Origin: Octopus vulgaris
Lineage: Eukaryota
NCBI GenBank assembly: GCA_951406725.2
Contig: OX597825.1
Span: 22,196,001-22,260,000 of the forward strand
Length of the DNA: 64,000 bases
Direction: 5' to 3'
Part shown: positions 27,680 through 40,759 of the stretch, in pieces
Position numbering within the stretch: position 1 is the first letter of the stretch
Layout: the number at the start of each line of letters is the position of its first letter
Position numbers and translations under genes: made by a program
The notes under the pieces: generated by a model
Database searches by the model: none
What the model saw: the letters and a program-made list of their open reading frames with translations, nothing else
What the model was told of the DNA's origin: nothing

Positions 27680-28581
27680 TTGACTTAAATAATTACCTGA
27701 AGAATATTCGCATCATCTTTTGATGGGCTGTTAGCAATAAGATTCAGTCAGACACTAAGTCATGTAAATCACCCTAACTATATATCTGGAATCATTCTGC
27801 ATACCTTGCAAAATTTATTAGCTTTACTATGGGGTTTGTGTATTGCAAAATTGTTCTAACTTTGCTGAATCCCGGTTCTTTTCATTTTGAGTTCACTTTT
27901 TCCTGCGGTCGTAAAATAATTTTACGTTGATTAGGACGTGTCCTCTTTGAAAGTCGAGTATGCAATCTATGGCTAAATAACATTTTCTTTAGAAAAGTTA
28001 TTTAGCAACTGAACATGATGATATTGCGCATACAGGACTGATAATCTCCATGGTAAGAATGTTTGATGTATATTTGTGGTGTCTACTGGAAATAGTGAAG
28101 AAAATACAGTGTGATGTTTCTAAATATATACGACATAAACAATATTGATAACGTATGGGAATTTTAGTTATTCCGGACAGTATATCGAGCGGTTTTGGTC
28201 AGGTGATATATCGCAGAACTGTTAATCTTGCTGCCACATTTGGACTATATATAATTTGTAGGATAGTGTTATGCGTCTTCATTAAAAATTTGTGATATTT
28301 TTAGATTTATATGTATTTATTTCGTGTGTGCTTTTAACTTGCCGAAACATTTTAAGTGTAAGACTAAAATTGTATTCTTGTCAGTGTACAGTGTATGTAG
28401 TGGTAGGCATGTGTTCCATTTCTGCTGCATTCGAACGGAGACATCATCTCCTGGTATATATATATATATATACATACATAAGAGGTTTTTGCGTAATTAG
28501 ATAAAAAAAACCAAGGCTTACGCAAAACATTCTTAAATACACACGCTGACATAGAACCAACGTTGAACCCTTTATTCGCAA

Positions 28582-29094
28582 CTAGCAGTATCGCCCGGCG
28601 TTGCTCGGGTTTGTAAGGGAAATAACTATATAAGCATTTTTAGAGAGTTACTTCCCTTATAGATGCCAATTCGGGCTTTCTTAGCCATTTCTGTTTTGGT
28701 GTCTTCAAGCCATGAAGTCGTTGTTCTAAAAGTACGCTGGTCTCCTTGACAACGCTTTACGACATTGATTTCCTTACACTCCCTTCCCCACAGCTTCACG
28801 AGGGAGGGAAGAAGGGGGAGAAGCAAACAGGTGCAGGTGTGACCATGGACGCCAACTCCGCCGCCATCGACACACGAAAGATTATGCATTAAAATGGAAT
28901 AAAAAATGATCTTAAATTATTTTTAAAATCGTAGACTCATCGTAGAGGCGCGCTAATACTCAGACGGGCTCGATATGAATCACGACTATAAGATACCCGA
29001 ATTTGGTTAAACTGCACCGCAAAATGTGGGAGTAGTTAGGAATCTAAATCGAAGGGGACAGACACTCACACAACTACAGTTTTATATATATAGA
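28582..29094 (-). mobile_element. Non-autonomous Helitron
   Basis: Minus strand A|TCtatatatataaaac ... hairpin cccgagcaacgccggg ... gatactgCTAG|T: 5'-TC, 3'-CTAG, subterminal hairpin, inserted in an AT dinucleotide without TSD. Confidence 0.85.
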
Positions 29095-29191
29095 TATTAC
29101 CGAATCTGGAACTTAACTATGGTCTGTCTATGGCACTTATTCAGCATTACCTGACACATTTGCGTCTCAATGACACCATTATCTCTTATAA

Positions 29192-29309
<118 letters not shown>

Positions 29310-29499
29310 ATATACTTACATATATGTATGTATTTATTTATGTATGTGTGTGTATGTATGCATGTACACACATCGATAGCTAGATAGTTAAATTATAATA
29401 GATATATATGCACACACACACAGATTCACACTTTGTTCAACATCATCAACGTCTGCAATCTATAATTGATGTGTGTACATTTAAGTTTCTTCCAAAGAA

Positions 29500-30212
29500 A
29501 CATTCTGCACTAAAAACAAAGTGCATAAAATACAGAATAGGCAACACATCAGAAAGCGATATGTGCAGAATTTGTGGACAAAATGGTGAAACCTTATGGT
29601 ATATTACAAGCCAATGTACGCCACTAGGCCAGACGGAATATAATAGACGTCACGACCATATGCCCAGGCTTGTCCACTAGACAATTTGCAACAAGTATGG
29701 ACTTGACAGAGAAAAAAATTGGTACGACAACAAACCCGAAGTCATCATCGAAAATGATAATGCAAAACTCCTGTGGGATTTTATGATTCAGTGCTACCAT
29801 GAGATAGAGAATAGGAAAGCAGTCATAGTATCAATTGAGAAAGAAAGCTACCTATGCCGGATCATAGATATAGCATGCCAAGATGACAACAAGGTATGCG
29901 ATAAGGAAGAAAGAAAAGTCGACAGAAATGACAGATTAGCTTGGGAGGTTAAGTAGTTGTGGTCGCTGAAAAAGGTGGTAGTAGTACCAATAAGTGCCGG
30001 AGCCTTGGGAGCAGTGAGTAAAACTCTTGAGAACTACATGGAATAAATATGGGCTGCAATGAGGGCGGAGCACTTGCAGAAAACAGTACTACCTTGAACC
30101 GCTCGAAATTCTCCGGAAGGTGCTCGAAAAATAAGGGATTTTTACCTTAGTTCACTGGTTGTGAACAGCTGACGCCGTAGTACATCTCCAGCACTGGGAG
30201 CTGTGCATAGTC
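29500..30212 (+). mobile_element. 3' fragment of R4/Dong-type LINE (CCHC + RLE) ending in (TAA)n
   Basis: CRICGQNGETLWYITSQC..EYNRRHD, KLLWDFMIQ, IIDIACQDD, LQKTV; 3' UTR runs directly into (AAT)n at 30213. Confidence 0.9.
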
Positions 30213-30260
30213 AATAATAATAATAATAATAATAATGATAATAATAATAATAATAATAAC

Positions 30261-30341
<81 letters not shown>

Positions 30342-30724
30342 GATAATAGATGTTCAATACCAGGCGAATCGAGGGTAAAATGTAAGGCATTAGAAAATAT
30401 TGAGAAATAGCAGCCACTGCGGGTCGAGATAGGAAAAATATGGGTCATAAGAAAGTAATGGTGATACTGGTGGTAAATGGAACATTAGGAGCAATTTGCA
30501 AGGGCTTTGAAAAACATATTAAGGATACTGGAGCTACTCTCAGGCTCGAAGTGATCCAGAAGACAGCACTGTTGGGTACAGCTTGGATTCTAAGGAGAAT
30601 ATTGTCTCTTTGAGTCACAGGAGAAGGCATTTCTTGAAACCTTTGGTGATTTGTTATTGCCTGATTTTAAGTGAAGAATAACCGGTAATTAAGACCTATC
30701 CGAGACTCTTTCCGAATCACAACC

Positions 30725-30792
<68 letters not shown>

Positions 30793-30802
30793 AATAATAA
30801 TA

Positions 30803-30843
<41 letters not shown>

Positions 30844-30859
30844 AATAATAATAATAATC

Positions 30860-30920
<61 letters not shown>

Positions 30921-30935
30921 TGATGGTGATGATCA
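30213..30935. repeat. (AAT)n / (GAT)n microsatellites flanking a LINE fragment
   Basis: 30213-30340 and 30727-30935, direct reading. Confidence 0.95.
30345..30726 (+). mobile_element. Extreme 3' fragment of R4/Dong-type LINE embedded in (TAA)n
   Basis: KIWVIRKVMVILVVNGTLGAI..RLEVIQKTALLGTAWILRRILSL*; (AAT)n on both sides. Confidence 0.85.
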
Positions 30936-30939
30936 ACTA

Positions 30940-31320
30940 TAGGCACACTGCCTGAAATTTGGGGGAAGGGGTTGTCGACTACATCGCCTGCAGTACTCAA
31001 ATCTTATTTATTTCATCGACCCCAAAAGGATGAAAGGCAAAGTTGACATCAACAGAATTTGAACTTAGGACGTAGCGGCTGATGAAATATATGTTTCTTT
31101 ATTGCCCACAAGGGGCTAAACATAGAGGGGACAAACAAGGACAGACAAACGGATTAAGTCGATTACATCGACCCCAGTACGTAACTGGTACTTAATTTAT
31201 CGACCCCGAAAGGATGAAAGGCAAAGTCGACCTCGGCGGAATTTGAACTCAGAACGCAACGACAGACGCAATATCGCTAAGTAATTCGCCCGGCATGCTA
31301 ACGATTCTGCCTGTGCGACT
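30940..31320 (-). mobile_element. SINE family A, younger copy joined to an older headless copy
   Basis: Two cores (31015-31075 and 31195-31255), junction near 31090. Confidence 0.85.
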
Positions 31321-31799
31321 CCTGACAATAACAACAACAACAAATATAATAATGAAAAAGATAGACATTCTTGTCTACGAGTCGTGCCCTACATTATTCC
31401 AAATTGAATATCCTAAAATAATTCTCCCTTTACAATGATACATGCAACATATAATAATGTGCATTTAATAACGAGATGCTGTTTATCTTCTAATGATGTG
31501 TCAGTAGAAAAGAAAACGTTGTCAGAATATTATCCCCGACCAGACACATATTATAGGCAAATGAATAGATAAAAATGTTGCGTTGATTTAATTTATAGCC
31601 GTTGATTTAATTTAGAAATAAGCAATGCAATGCTCATGGAATCTACTACACACTCATTCATTTTACACTGAATAAAGTATGAATCGTCATATGAGAGACG
31701 AATATTCAACAAAATCGACAATAACGGTAGTCTCAGTAACTAAGGAGATAAGTTAACGATGTTAGAAAACAATTCTGTATAGATTGACTGCTTGAATTT

Positions 31800-32735
31800 A
31801 TGTATAAATGTTGTTAATACGGGTAACATTAGTTGTAATATTAATAATAATATTGGTAAGAAGTGTATGTTTGATGTAACAGAGCAGACACTCGTGGACC
31901 AGGGTAAAGCTGTTAGGAGAAATAAGTGAATGACAAAATTGGAGGTAGAAAAGTCCACAGAAAAAAATCACATAAGCAGATCAGCACTACTAATAAGGAG
32001 GGGGAAAATGGCACCATCAACGTAAGTGAAGGTGAGCAGAATATTTGAGATGCATTGAAACAGGTAATGAGTAAAGTAGAAAGAAACAAAGATTACCAGC
32101 ATTAAAGTGTTTATAGAAGGAAGTTGCTAAATATTATTAGGAAACAATATTCCGTTATCAGTAGAATACATATTAAAACTATAGGTGACATGGACTTATT
32201 GATTGATGCAAAAGAGGTAGTAGTTACTAGGCGACTAGGTATTCCCCAAGGAAAGAATAGGGTGGGGTTGATGCGCAAATGAACAACAAATAATAAAGTG
32301 AAGATTTTGATACAAGATTTAAGCAAAATAGAAACCTGGAAAGTGAAACTTTAGGCAAAAAAACCTTCTTTTGAGAAAGAAAAAGGACTTGGGATAGCCA
32401 TGTCAGAGCAGAGACAACTTATCATAGAAAATAGCAAGTAAGCTTTTCAGAAAAGAGTTTGATCAGTATCTACAGAAGAGATTGTTTGAGATGGGCCAGA
32501 GATTTTATTGGCAAATAAATAGTATAAGACAAACTACTGAAAATCAGAAGTCTACTGTAGTTGAAGCTAGAAAGTTCTGGAGTGATATTTGAAATAAGCT
32601 AGTTACTCAGAAATACAACGTGTTTATAGAAAGTGAGAAAAGAAGTAGCTAGTACGAATCAGCAAAAGCTGAAAGTAGTGCATTATGAGCTAGATGATAG
32701 GAAGAATGCCAAAATGGAAGGCCCGGGGTCGATAA
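31800..32735 (+). mobile_element. Decayed pre-RT region of an R4/Dong-type LINE
   Basis: RLPALK, VVTRRLG, KVKILIQDLSKIETW, QYLQKRLFE, EARKFWSDI*, MP.WKARGR (KAPGPD-like). Confidence 0.65.
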
Positions 32736-34534
32736 CATTACACTTTAATTATTACATTTTCTACAAGTAACGGTATTTGCTATACCCTGTGGGGACATAA
32801 GATATCAGTGCCAATGAATCCAGACCCATACGAATTGTAGAGAAAAATATTAGTGATACACCTATCATCCACGATCCACAAACTTACATGTGAATTACTA
32901 CAATATCTCCTAAGAAAATAATTTAAGATCTATCTTAAATATCATCACAGAGTTGAGAAACTATGTGCAATTGGTAAAAGATGATTCAGCAATATAAATT
33001 CCGAGTACATTTTTGTACAAATGAATTTGAGGATACCTTCTAAGCAATGTCTCATCATAAAAAGCAACGTGTAATTAAAACGTAGTCAATAATAGAGAAT
33101 AAACGATGATTAACAAAACAAAATATAACCTCGAAAATCTCTGTTATCAGGCGACTAATATAAACCTTTATGACAGAAGGTAATCCAGACAGAAAATAAA
33201 GATGCAGTTCATAGCCTTAGTGTTGATGTAGGAGTAAATAATGAAGCAATACTGCTACAGCTGCAACCGCAAAACGACTATATTTACACTTTAAATATTT
33301 ATCCAAATATATGCCAACAAAGATAAATGATTTTCTGACAGATACATTTTTGAAATGATAATCAGTAAATGTTTCATAGGATAATGCGCGATCATAAAAT
33401 GTAAGAACATTTTATGCAGAAAGGATATATTACAAACATGCCGGAAGACCATACTTTACCATGAAGTCTAGCAGACGAACTTAAACAATGCATAGCAACA
33501 GTAGAAATTGAATCGTTATCTCTCCAGTGTATGACAATATATAATTTTAAACATGATTTAGACAAGGAAATATTAACGAAAGTCCTTTTATCTGCGACTC
33601 CTTCGTTTGTCTGCTGGTAATTTACAAACTGCTTTCCAAATTTTTTCTTAAACTTATAGATTATATATCTGCAATAAATTTGTATTAATGGAACAGTACG
33701 GTATTCACAAGACTGTAAGAGAATCAACTAGCTTCATTAGATCAAAATACAAAGTTGACAGAGTTCGTATAATAAGCAGCACCATGTCTGTTCACGCTGT
33801 TGTCATAATCTTATTCACTAGAATATAATAAGGTGACAGTTCATTTGGTTTTCATTTCATTCTATGGATGTTGCTTTTGACTGAACTAACACAAAATTGT
33901 AAAGATGCAGAGTGGACATCAGTCTAATCCGTTATCTCTAATTTATATATTACAAAAACAATACTAGTGAGTTTCCTGTGTATTACTAAGCAGTTTGACA
34001 GGCATATTCAATGAACATCGCGGTCAACGGAGTTGTCGATCAGATAAATTTGTACTGCAGTGAGCAGCGATAAGACAGGAGTGTGAGATTTCAATTTTTC
34101 TTTTAAAGGATTTTTCGACATAGATGAAGATTAAATACCATGAAAATGTATTTCTTAATCTATTCAGTAGTGCAATATCATATTAGTAAGCCATTTAAAT
34201 ATATCTATACAGGCAGTCATGACGCATACCTGTTTTCCGCAGGTACAGAAAATCCGATCTCAAAATCTGTATACGAAATATCAACCAGAACAGAAATGGG
34301 TAGGGAACTTCTCAACTGTGTGGGGCAGTTTAACAAGTCAATTATTAATCTCCAGCACATATTAAAGTTCAGTTACCTAATCTAGACGAGTATAATTTAA
34401 GAGTTTAAACTGGTGAACAGTTGAAGCTAGCAGCATAACACTCTCAAAGACTTGTAAAAGATAATGTCTAAAAATAAGTACAAAATTAACAAACGTGTGT
34501 CTCTAATTCAAAAGTATTCAACCAACATAAACAC

Positions 34535-35222
34535 ATCTCTGGATGTAAAGTCTTAGCACCAGTGGAGTATAAATTAAGACATGACAGAGTTGGCCAATAT
34601 CTCCACTGGCTAATAAGTCGGCATTACAATATCAAAACTGCCGACAAGTGGTATAATCACCACCCTGAGGCTGTAACTGAAGGAGAAAATGTAACCATTC
34701 TGTGGGACTTTCCAGTACATACAGACCGAACCATCAAGGCCAATAAACCAGATATTGTTGTGAAAGACCAAAACAATAAAGTTTGCTTATTGATCGACAT
34801 GAGCATCCCCTGTGATCATAATATCTCAGCGAAAGAGTTTGACAAGCTCAGAAAATATAAAGACCTACTCATTGAAATTGAGAAAATGTGGCATCTCAAG
34901 GCGGTTACAATACCAGTGATCGTAGGAGCACTAGGAATGATCAAGAAGGGAACCGAAAATTATATGAGAATGATCCCTGGCTTACCATCCCTGCAAGAAG
35001 TGCAAAATATTGTCTTAACTGGTACATCACACGTATTGAGAAGAGCATTGTCGATGTGAGAACTGTTGCTGCTCATGTATTTTAATTTAACTTTAAGAAA
35101 AAAAAAAAAAAAATGAACGAACTACTGAGTTTGGTTTAGTGGCCTACCAATATACACTATGAGTTTCTTCGCCCTAGGAGTCGGGAAGACACTCGGCAAG
35201 AAATGGAAGAAAATTTGAAAGA
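34535..35222 (+). mobile_element. 5'-truncated R4/Dong-type LINE with an uninterrupted RLE reading frame (34535-35059) and 3' UTR ending in (TAA)n
   Basis: ISGCKVLAPVEYKLRHDRVGQYLHW...ILWDFPVHTDRTIKANKPDIVV...LLIDMSIP...KLRKYKDL...IPVIVGALG...LRRALSM*, with no stops. Confidence 0.93.
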
Positions 35223-35427
35223 AGAAAAAAAAAAAGTAATAATAATAATAATAATAATGATAATAATAATAATACTATTAATAATAATAATAATAATAAT
35301 AATCAGGAGAAGAAAAGGAAGAAGAAGAAGAACAACAACAACAACAACGACCATTAAGATGATGATGATTATGATGGTGGTGATGAATTTGATGATGATG
35401 ATGACGATAACAATAGTCATGATGATT

Positions 35428-35459
<32 letters not shown>

Positions 35460-35735
35460 ATTGGTGATGATGGTGATGATATTTTATTTCCCACTTTGAC
35501 ATAGTATGAGAGTGATTCGATAAACTTAGCAATGAGTGTGGGTGTATATAAACTCGTGTCAGTAACTGAATTAGGAAGGGTGGGAAATAAAAGTGAAAAT
35601 TTACTTTTATAAACTATATGCATATAAAGATTAGCATTGCCATATGCATATAACAGAGCCTTCAATAAAAGACAACCATGTTATACTGAAAATAGTTCTT
35701 TCCACTCAAACCATTTTCAAAAATGCTTCGAACCT

Positions 35736-35805
35736 TTAGACAAATTCAATAGCGGACACGACACTAGGATCACCATCACTATCCGTCATAACTTTATTTT
35801 CCAAA
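35736..35805 (-). CDS. Probable last coding exon of an unidentified host gene: (D)LENKVMTDSDGDPSVVSAIEFV*
   Basis: Strong acceptor ttcattaac-poly(T)-cctgtttag|T; phase-2 frame open to TAA at 35736-35738; joins in frame with exon 36560-36619 (GA+T = Asp). Confidence 0.65.
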
Positions 35806-36559
35806 CTAAACAGGAAAAAAAAAAAAAAAAGTTAATGAAATTTACTTTGTCTAAAATTCCATATGATAAGCTCTGTAGTGAATTTTTATATTTATTGTTG
35901 TCCGTCTGTTTCTTATAATATCGATCTGATTGGATACATAACAATGTTCACTTTCAGTATGTTCCAAACTAATACATGAAGTGGCGCAAAAAGCAATATA
36001 TGACAATTATTTACACGGAAATACTACTGTGTGTGCAAACTCCACTGACGTTAAAATTACAGAAACAACTTCGGAACATTACAGAATATTTTTTTTGTTT
36101 TTTTATGGGCTTTAGTTTTATTTTGAAAAGTTGGTCTGTTCTACTAATACATGTAATAAAATTAAAGTAAACAAGAAAAATGTTTGCAGTTCAAGAGGTT
36201 TCCAAAGTTAGACTTCATTTAATATTTTACAACGCTTCTGGAATTTCATTTATGTCTTGGAAACATTCCATGAAAAAATTCTGTCGTGTCTTATATGTTA
36301 ATTCCGAACACATTTCTAAAAATAATAAAGACTTTAAAATTGATTTCATGTCACTTCTATTTCGTTTAATCCGTTTGAATAAACTCAAGTTCACTTTTTT
36401 GGTAGTCGGGAAGTCAAATTCGATAGAATTTACCCAAGTGCATAACGTGTCTTATTTCACCTCGTCTTCTTCGTGATCTTCATCTGACTTCACGCATCGC
36501 CAGGGAGCGTGTTCATACATTAGTATATGAATTCAGATTGATTATAGATTCCTACTTAC

Positions 36560-36619
36560 TCCGCACATTTAATTACTTCAATCACCTTATGGATTGCAAT
36601 ATTGCTTAAATCTTCGTTT
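36560..36619 (-). CDS. Probable 60-nt internal exon (phase 2-2): [19 protein letters not shown]
   Basis: tttgtttacgtttcgatatag| ... GA|gtaagt consensus donor; open, symmetric, protein-like. Confidence 0.65.
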
Positions 36620-36687
36620 CTATATCGAAACGTAAACAAATACATACTCCCTCACCCTCTCTTATATATGCATCACGGAACAGTGCA

Positions 36688-36849
<162 letters not shown>

Positions 36850-36854
36850 ATGTT

Positions 36855-37206
36855 GAAGGCGCATGGCTCAGTGGTTAGAGCGTCGAGCTTACGATCGTAA
36901 GGTTGTGAGCTCGAATCCCGGACCGGGCTGCGTGTTGTGTTCTTCTGCAAGGCACTTTATTTCACGATGCTCCAGTTCACTCAGCTGTAGAAATGAGTTG
37001 CGATGTCACTGGTGCCAAGCTGTATCGACCTTTGTCTTTCCCTTGGATAACACTGGTGGCGTGGAGAGGGGAGGCTGGTATGCATGGGCGACTGCTGGTC
37101 TTCCATAAAAAAAATAACCTTACCCGGACTTGTGTCTAGGAGGGTAACTTTCTAGGTGCAATCCCATGGTCATTCATGACCGAAGGGGGTCCTTACCCTT
37201 ACCCTT
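36855..37206 (+). mobile_element. tRNA-derived SINE family D, full length
   Basis: ggcgcatggctcagtggttagagcg (A box) ... gagctcgaatccc (B box) ... tail ccttacccttaccc. Confidence 0.88.
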
Positions 37207-37255
37207 TATATGTATATATATATATGTTTATATATATATATGTATATATATATAA

Positions 37256-37463
37256 CGGGAAGCTTTATGAAAATAAACAAAAGACGAAGGCAGGTGGAAA
37301 ACAAACGAACAATTGTATTAGTATGGCGCTCAGGAAATATAAATAAAACAAGTTTTAACGTTTCGAGCCTACGCTCTTCAACAGAAAGATACACAAGAGA
37401 GAAAAACACAGAAAGAAGGAGAGAAAAAAAATGCGTGCAGTAGCTAACGAATCAACATGGCGA
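37256..37463 (-). mobile_element. Solo Penelope-like terminal (pLTR-like) fragment with minimal hammerhead-like motif (37352-37390), inserted in (TA)n
   Basis: Minus strand tcttt-CTGTTGA-A-GAGC-gtag-GCTC-GAA-ACGT-T-aaaac; (TA)n-rich on both sides. Confidence 0.6.
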
Positions 37464-37465
37464 TG

Positions 37466-37544
<79 letters not shown>

Positions 37545-37775
37545 ATGTATGTATATATGTATATATGTATTACGCACAGGTGTGTATGTGTGTATGTCTG
37601 TGTTTTTTATTGAGAAGCTAGCACAACCACATGGTTCATGGTTCAGTCCCACAGAGTGGCACATTGGGTAGGTGTCTTCTACTATGGCTTCGGGCCGAAA
37701 AACCCTCCTAAGTGGACTTCGGAGATGGAAACTGAAAGAAGAATGTCGTCTCTGTGAGTGCGTGCGTACGTGCGT

Positions 37776-37824
<49 letters not shown>

Positions 37825-37966
37825 TGCGTGTATGTGTGTGTGTGTATGCATCTTGCAAATCCTGAATTAACCTAATATAATTCGAAGCGATAGTCATGAC
37901 GTAATACAATAAGAAAAACGAAGAATGTATTTTATGAACTATTGACAAATGCTTCGTTGAGATATT

Positions 37967-38000
37967 TCATGTCAGACGGCGCGTAACCTTGTGGCGTAAC
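37967..38000 (-). CDS. Candidate alternative terminal exon: phase 2 x-LRHKVTRRLT* (phase 0 would read VTPQGYAPSDMKYLNEAFVNSS*)
   Basis: Acceptor ttcatctcccaaattttcag|G. Confidence 0.35.
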
Positions 38001-38623
38001 CTGAAAATTTGGGAGATGAAATGGAACATATTACATAATCTTATGAACTTTAGACGTCTTACAATGTCGTCTTGAAAACAATTACATAACAACCACATCT
38101 GTTTATCATGAAACCTGACCATCGTTATTATGACCATCAGCATCAGAATTATTATTATTATCATTATCATTATTATTGATTGATTAATTCATTGATTGAG
38201 AGAGCAGCGCATGCCATCAAAGTGAGATTGAGTTACGAACAAACGAAGCTGAATATACCCAACATGACTACCCGTCTGATAATTGTAAAATTGGCACATC
38301 ATAATAATTCTGATGCTGATGGTCAATTGTAAAATTGGCACATGTGTTACACATATGTGCTCGATGTGGTGATCTCATATCAAGATAAGCAGCGCATGAC
38401 TCTGCAAATGGGGCCTAGTTTGCATTTTCTTCAGATCCACTGGTATGGGTGGTATATTTGGAAGGTGGAGTGGATGTAGGGGTATCAATGGAGGGAGAAG
38501 AGGGTAGGAGTGCAGAGAGGAAGTAGGTGTCAGATGAAGAGAAAAGAGGGGGTGTCAGATGAAGTGGGAAGGAGTGCTGAGCTCATGTGGCGCAAAGGAG
38601 CCAAGAGAGTAGATAAATTCCTG

Positions 38624-38721
<98 letters not shown>

Positions 38722-39456
38722 CGCACACACATATGGACACACACAAACACAAATATATAAATGCATACATACATTCATACATAAGAGAATGTAAACTCGT
38801 ATAAAAGTCCTGAAGTGCCTTTGGCATAAAATCGTGTTATGCCACTGGTTTTTATAGCTAATTGTGATAAAATATAGGTTCAGTACAATGCAAAATTTAT
38901 CCGCTCAAAATAAATAATCGCGCTGCCATTCTTAAACTCTCGAAGTATTTGCATGGATTTGATGATATTTAGGAACTTGGTATGTGTGTATGTGTGCATA
39001 TATGTATGCATGTGTGTATGTATGCGGCGGCCTTCAATAAGTTTCCGTCTACGAAATTGACTCACATGATTGCCTCAATCTTCAGCTGAAGTCACTTGCC
39101 TAAGGTGCCAATCAGTAGAACTGAGGCAAAGATCCAGTTTTTAGGAACCAAGTTTTTAACCACATTGCAACGCCTACTGTTATATAATTTTACGCGAAAA
39201 TACTAAAGTTTATGCAATATTTCTCATATATCATAACATTTAATAAGTTATGAAAACTTTAAAGTTTTTAAAGTATTTGTCACACTTTAAACCTTTCTAA
39301 AAGATTATCATGTGTATTGTTATTCCGTATAATGACAGTTGATTTCCATCCAACATGGCGAAGAATAGCAGAAAGTGAAGCAACACATTATTGGCAGTTA
39401 TTTCGGTGATCGTCCATTAAATGTTTCCGCCTATTCCTATCTCGCTTCTGCCGATA

Positions 39457-39475
39457 CTATCGCTTATCTTTTCCG
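39457..39475 (-). CDS. Candidate alternative terminal exon, phase 2 x-GKDKR*
   Basis: Acceptor ttcttccacttcacttgccag|C inside a repeat-free stretch (39170-40050). Confidence 0.25.
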
Positions 39476-40120
39476 CTGGCAAGTGAAGTGGAAGAAAATC
39501 TTTAAGAGATTTGGTCTTATGATTAATTAGTCGAGATGAGATATGGTCAGTCTATTTGCACGGCGAACACAGTTCTTTAAGCATGGATAAATTTTAAGGT
39601 GATGGGGATCAGCTTTTACCTTGTTTCTATATACAACCTAGTTCCCCCCTTTTTTTCCGCGTATTTTGTTTGTTTTCCTCTACTTATCCGTCCGTGTTAG
39701 GTAGATAACATATATTTTACTAATATTGTGTCGATTTATTCAGTAGGATACTTCCTTTTCTCTTGGAAAACTTGGCCCTATGTTCATTGGAAATAAATCA
39801 TTACGTTATCTAAAAAAAAATATTGATTTGTAATTAGCTATGGAGTGATAAAATATTCGATACTGCTCCATTGTCGGTGTTCATGATAATCTGCTTCTAT
39901 ATTTGTCCATAAATGTTTACATGAGAACTTTAATCAATGGAACTTTGCTGTATGACTATGATAAATATACATATCAGAGAGTTAATGCATAGAATACATG
40001 TGTAAAATATATGTGTTGTTGGCCCAGTCGACGTAGCTCAAAATAGTGACAATTTCTAGGTGAAATTTTACAGCTCATTCTCCTGAATAAGGACTATTTA
40101 TACTTAACATTAATATCTAT

Positions 40121-40165
40121 ATCTATGTGAGGAATATCTATGTGAGGAATATCTATGTGAGGAAT
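40121..40165. repeat. 15-bp tandem repeat x3 (atctatgtgaggaat)
   Basis: Direct reading. Confidence 0.9.
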
Positions 40166-40759
40166 ATAAATAATAATAATTATACGATTTTGTTTTTCAT
40201 TTTGAGCTGGACATAGTCGTTTCGTTTGGGCAAAATTATAGAGAAGCCTCATTGCTTCACTTGTGATAATTCTACTTAAGAAAGGTTCGGTAGCTTGTCT
40301 AAACTTTATTAGATATATTAATAACATTGGGGCAAATTTCTTGATCTAATTTCCACGTATTTACTCAGACACATACCGACACAAACACATACGTGCATCA
40401 CCGTATTACAATTATGAGGTTTTATTGTAATAGATAATGCCACATTGGGAGTGACGTCTGAGTCCGGGGGCGATGGAGTAAGTAAAACTGTCTGTCGGAC
40501 ATGGGCATCAGTGAAATTCGAAGTTACTGTCATTTGTTCTTTTCATTAAAATATATTATAATCATTTTAATATTTGAATGTCTTTATTAGAAACTATATA
40601 TCATAAAACACACGTGTGTTACTGTTACCCACCTCCCATGTGCGTACAAATATTTACGGCCCTTTTTTGGCTCTTCCAAAACAGAAATCTAGCGCTGACA
40701 AGACAGCAGTATGTGGCGATTACAATTAAAAACAATGATACGAGGAAATATTAGATAGA

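Noticed and set aside
36855-36930. tRNA-like sequences here and at 53135, 27605-27679 and 2730-2804
   Set aside because: They are SINE heads that continue into SINE bodies; no complete cloverleaf with acceptor stem and terminator
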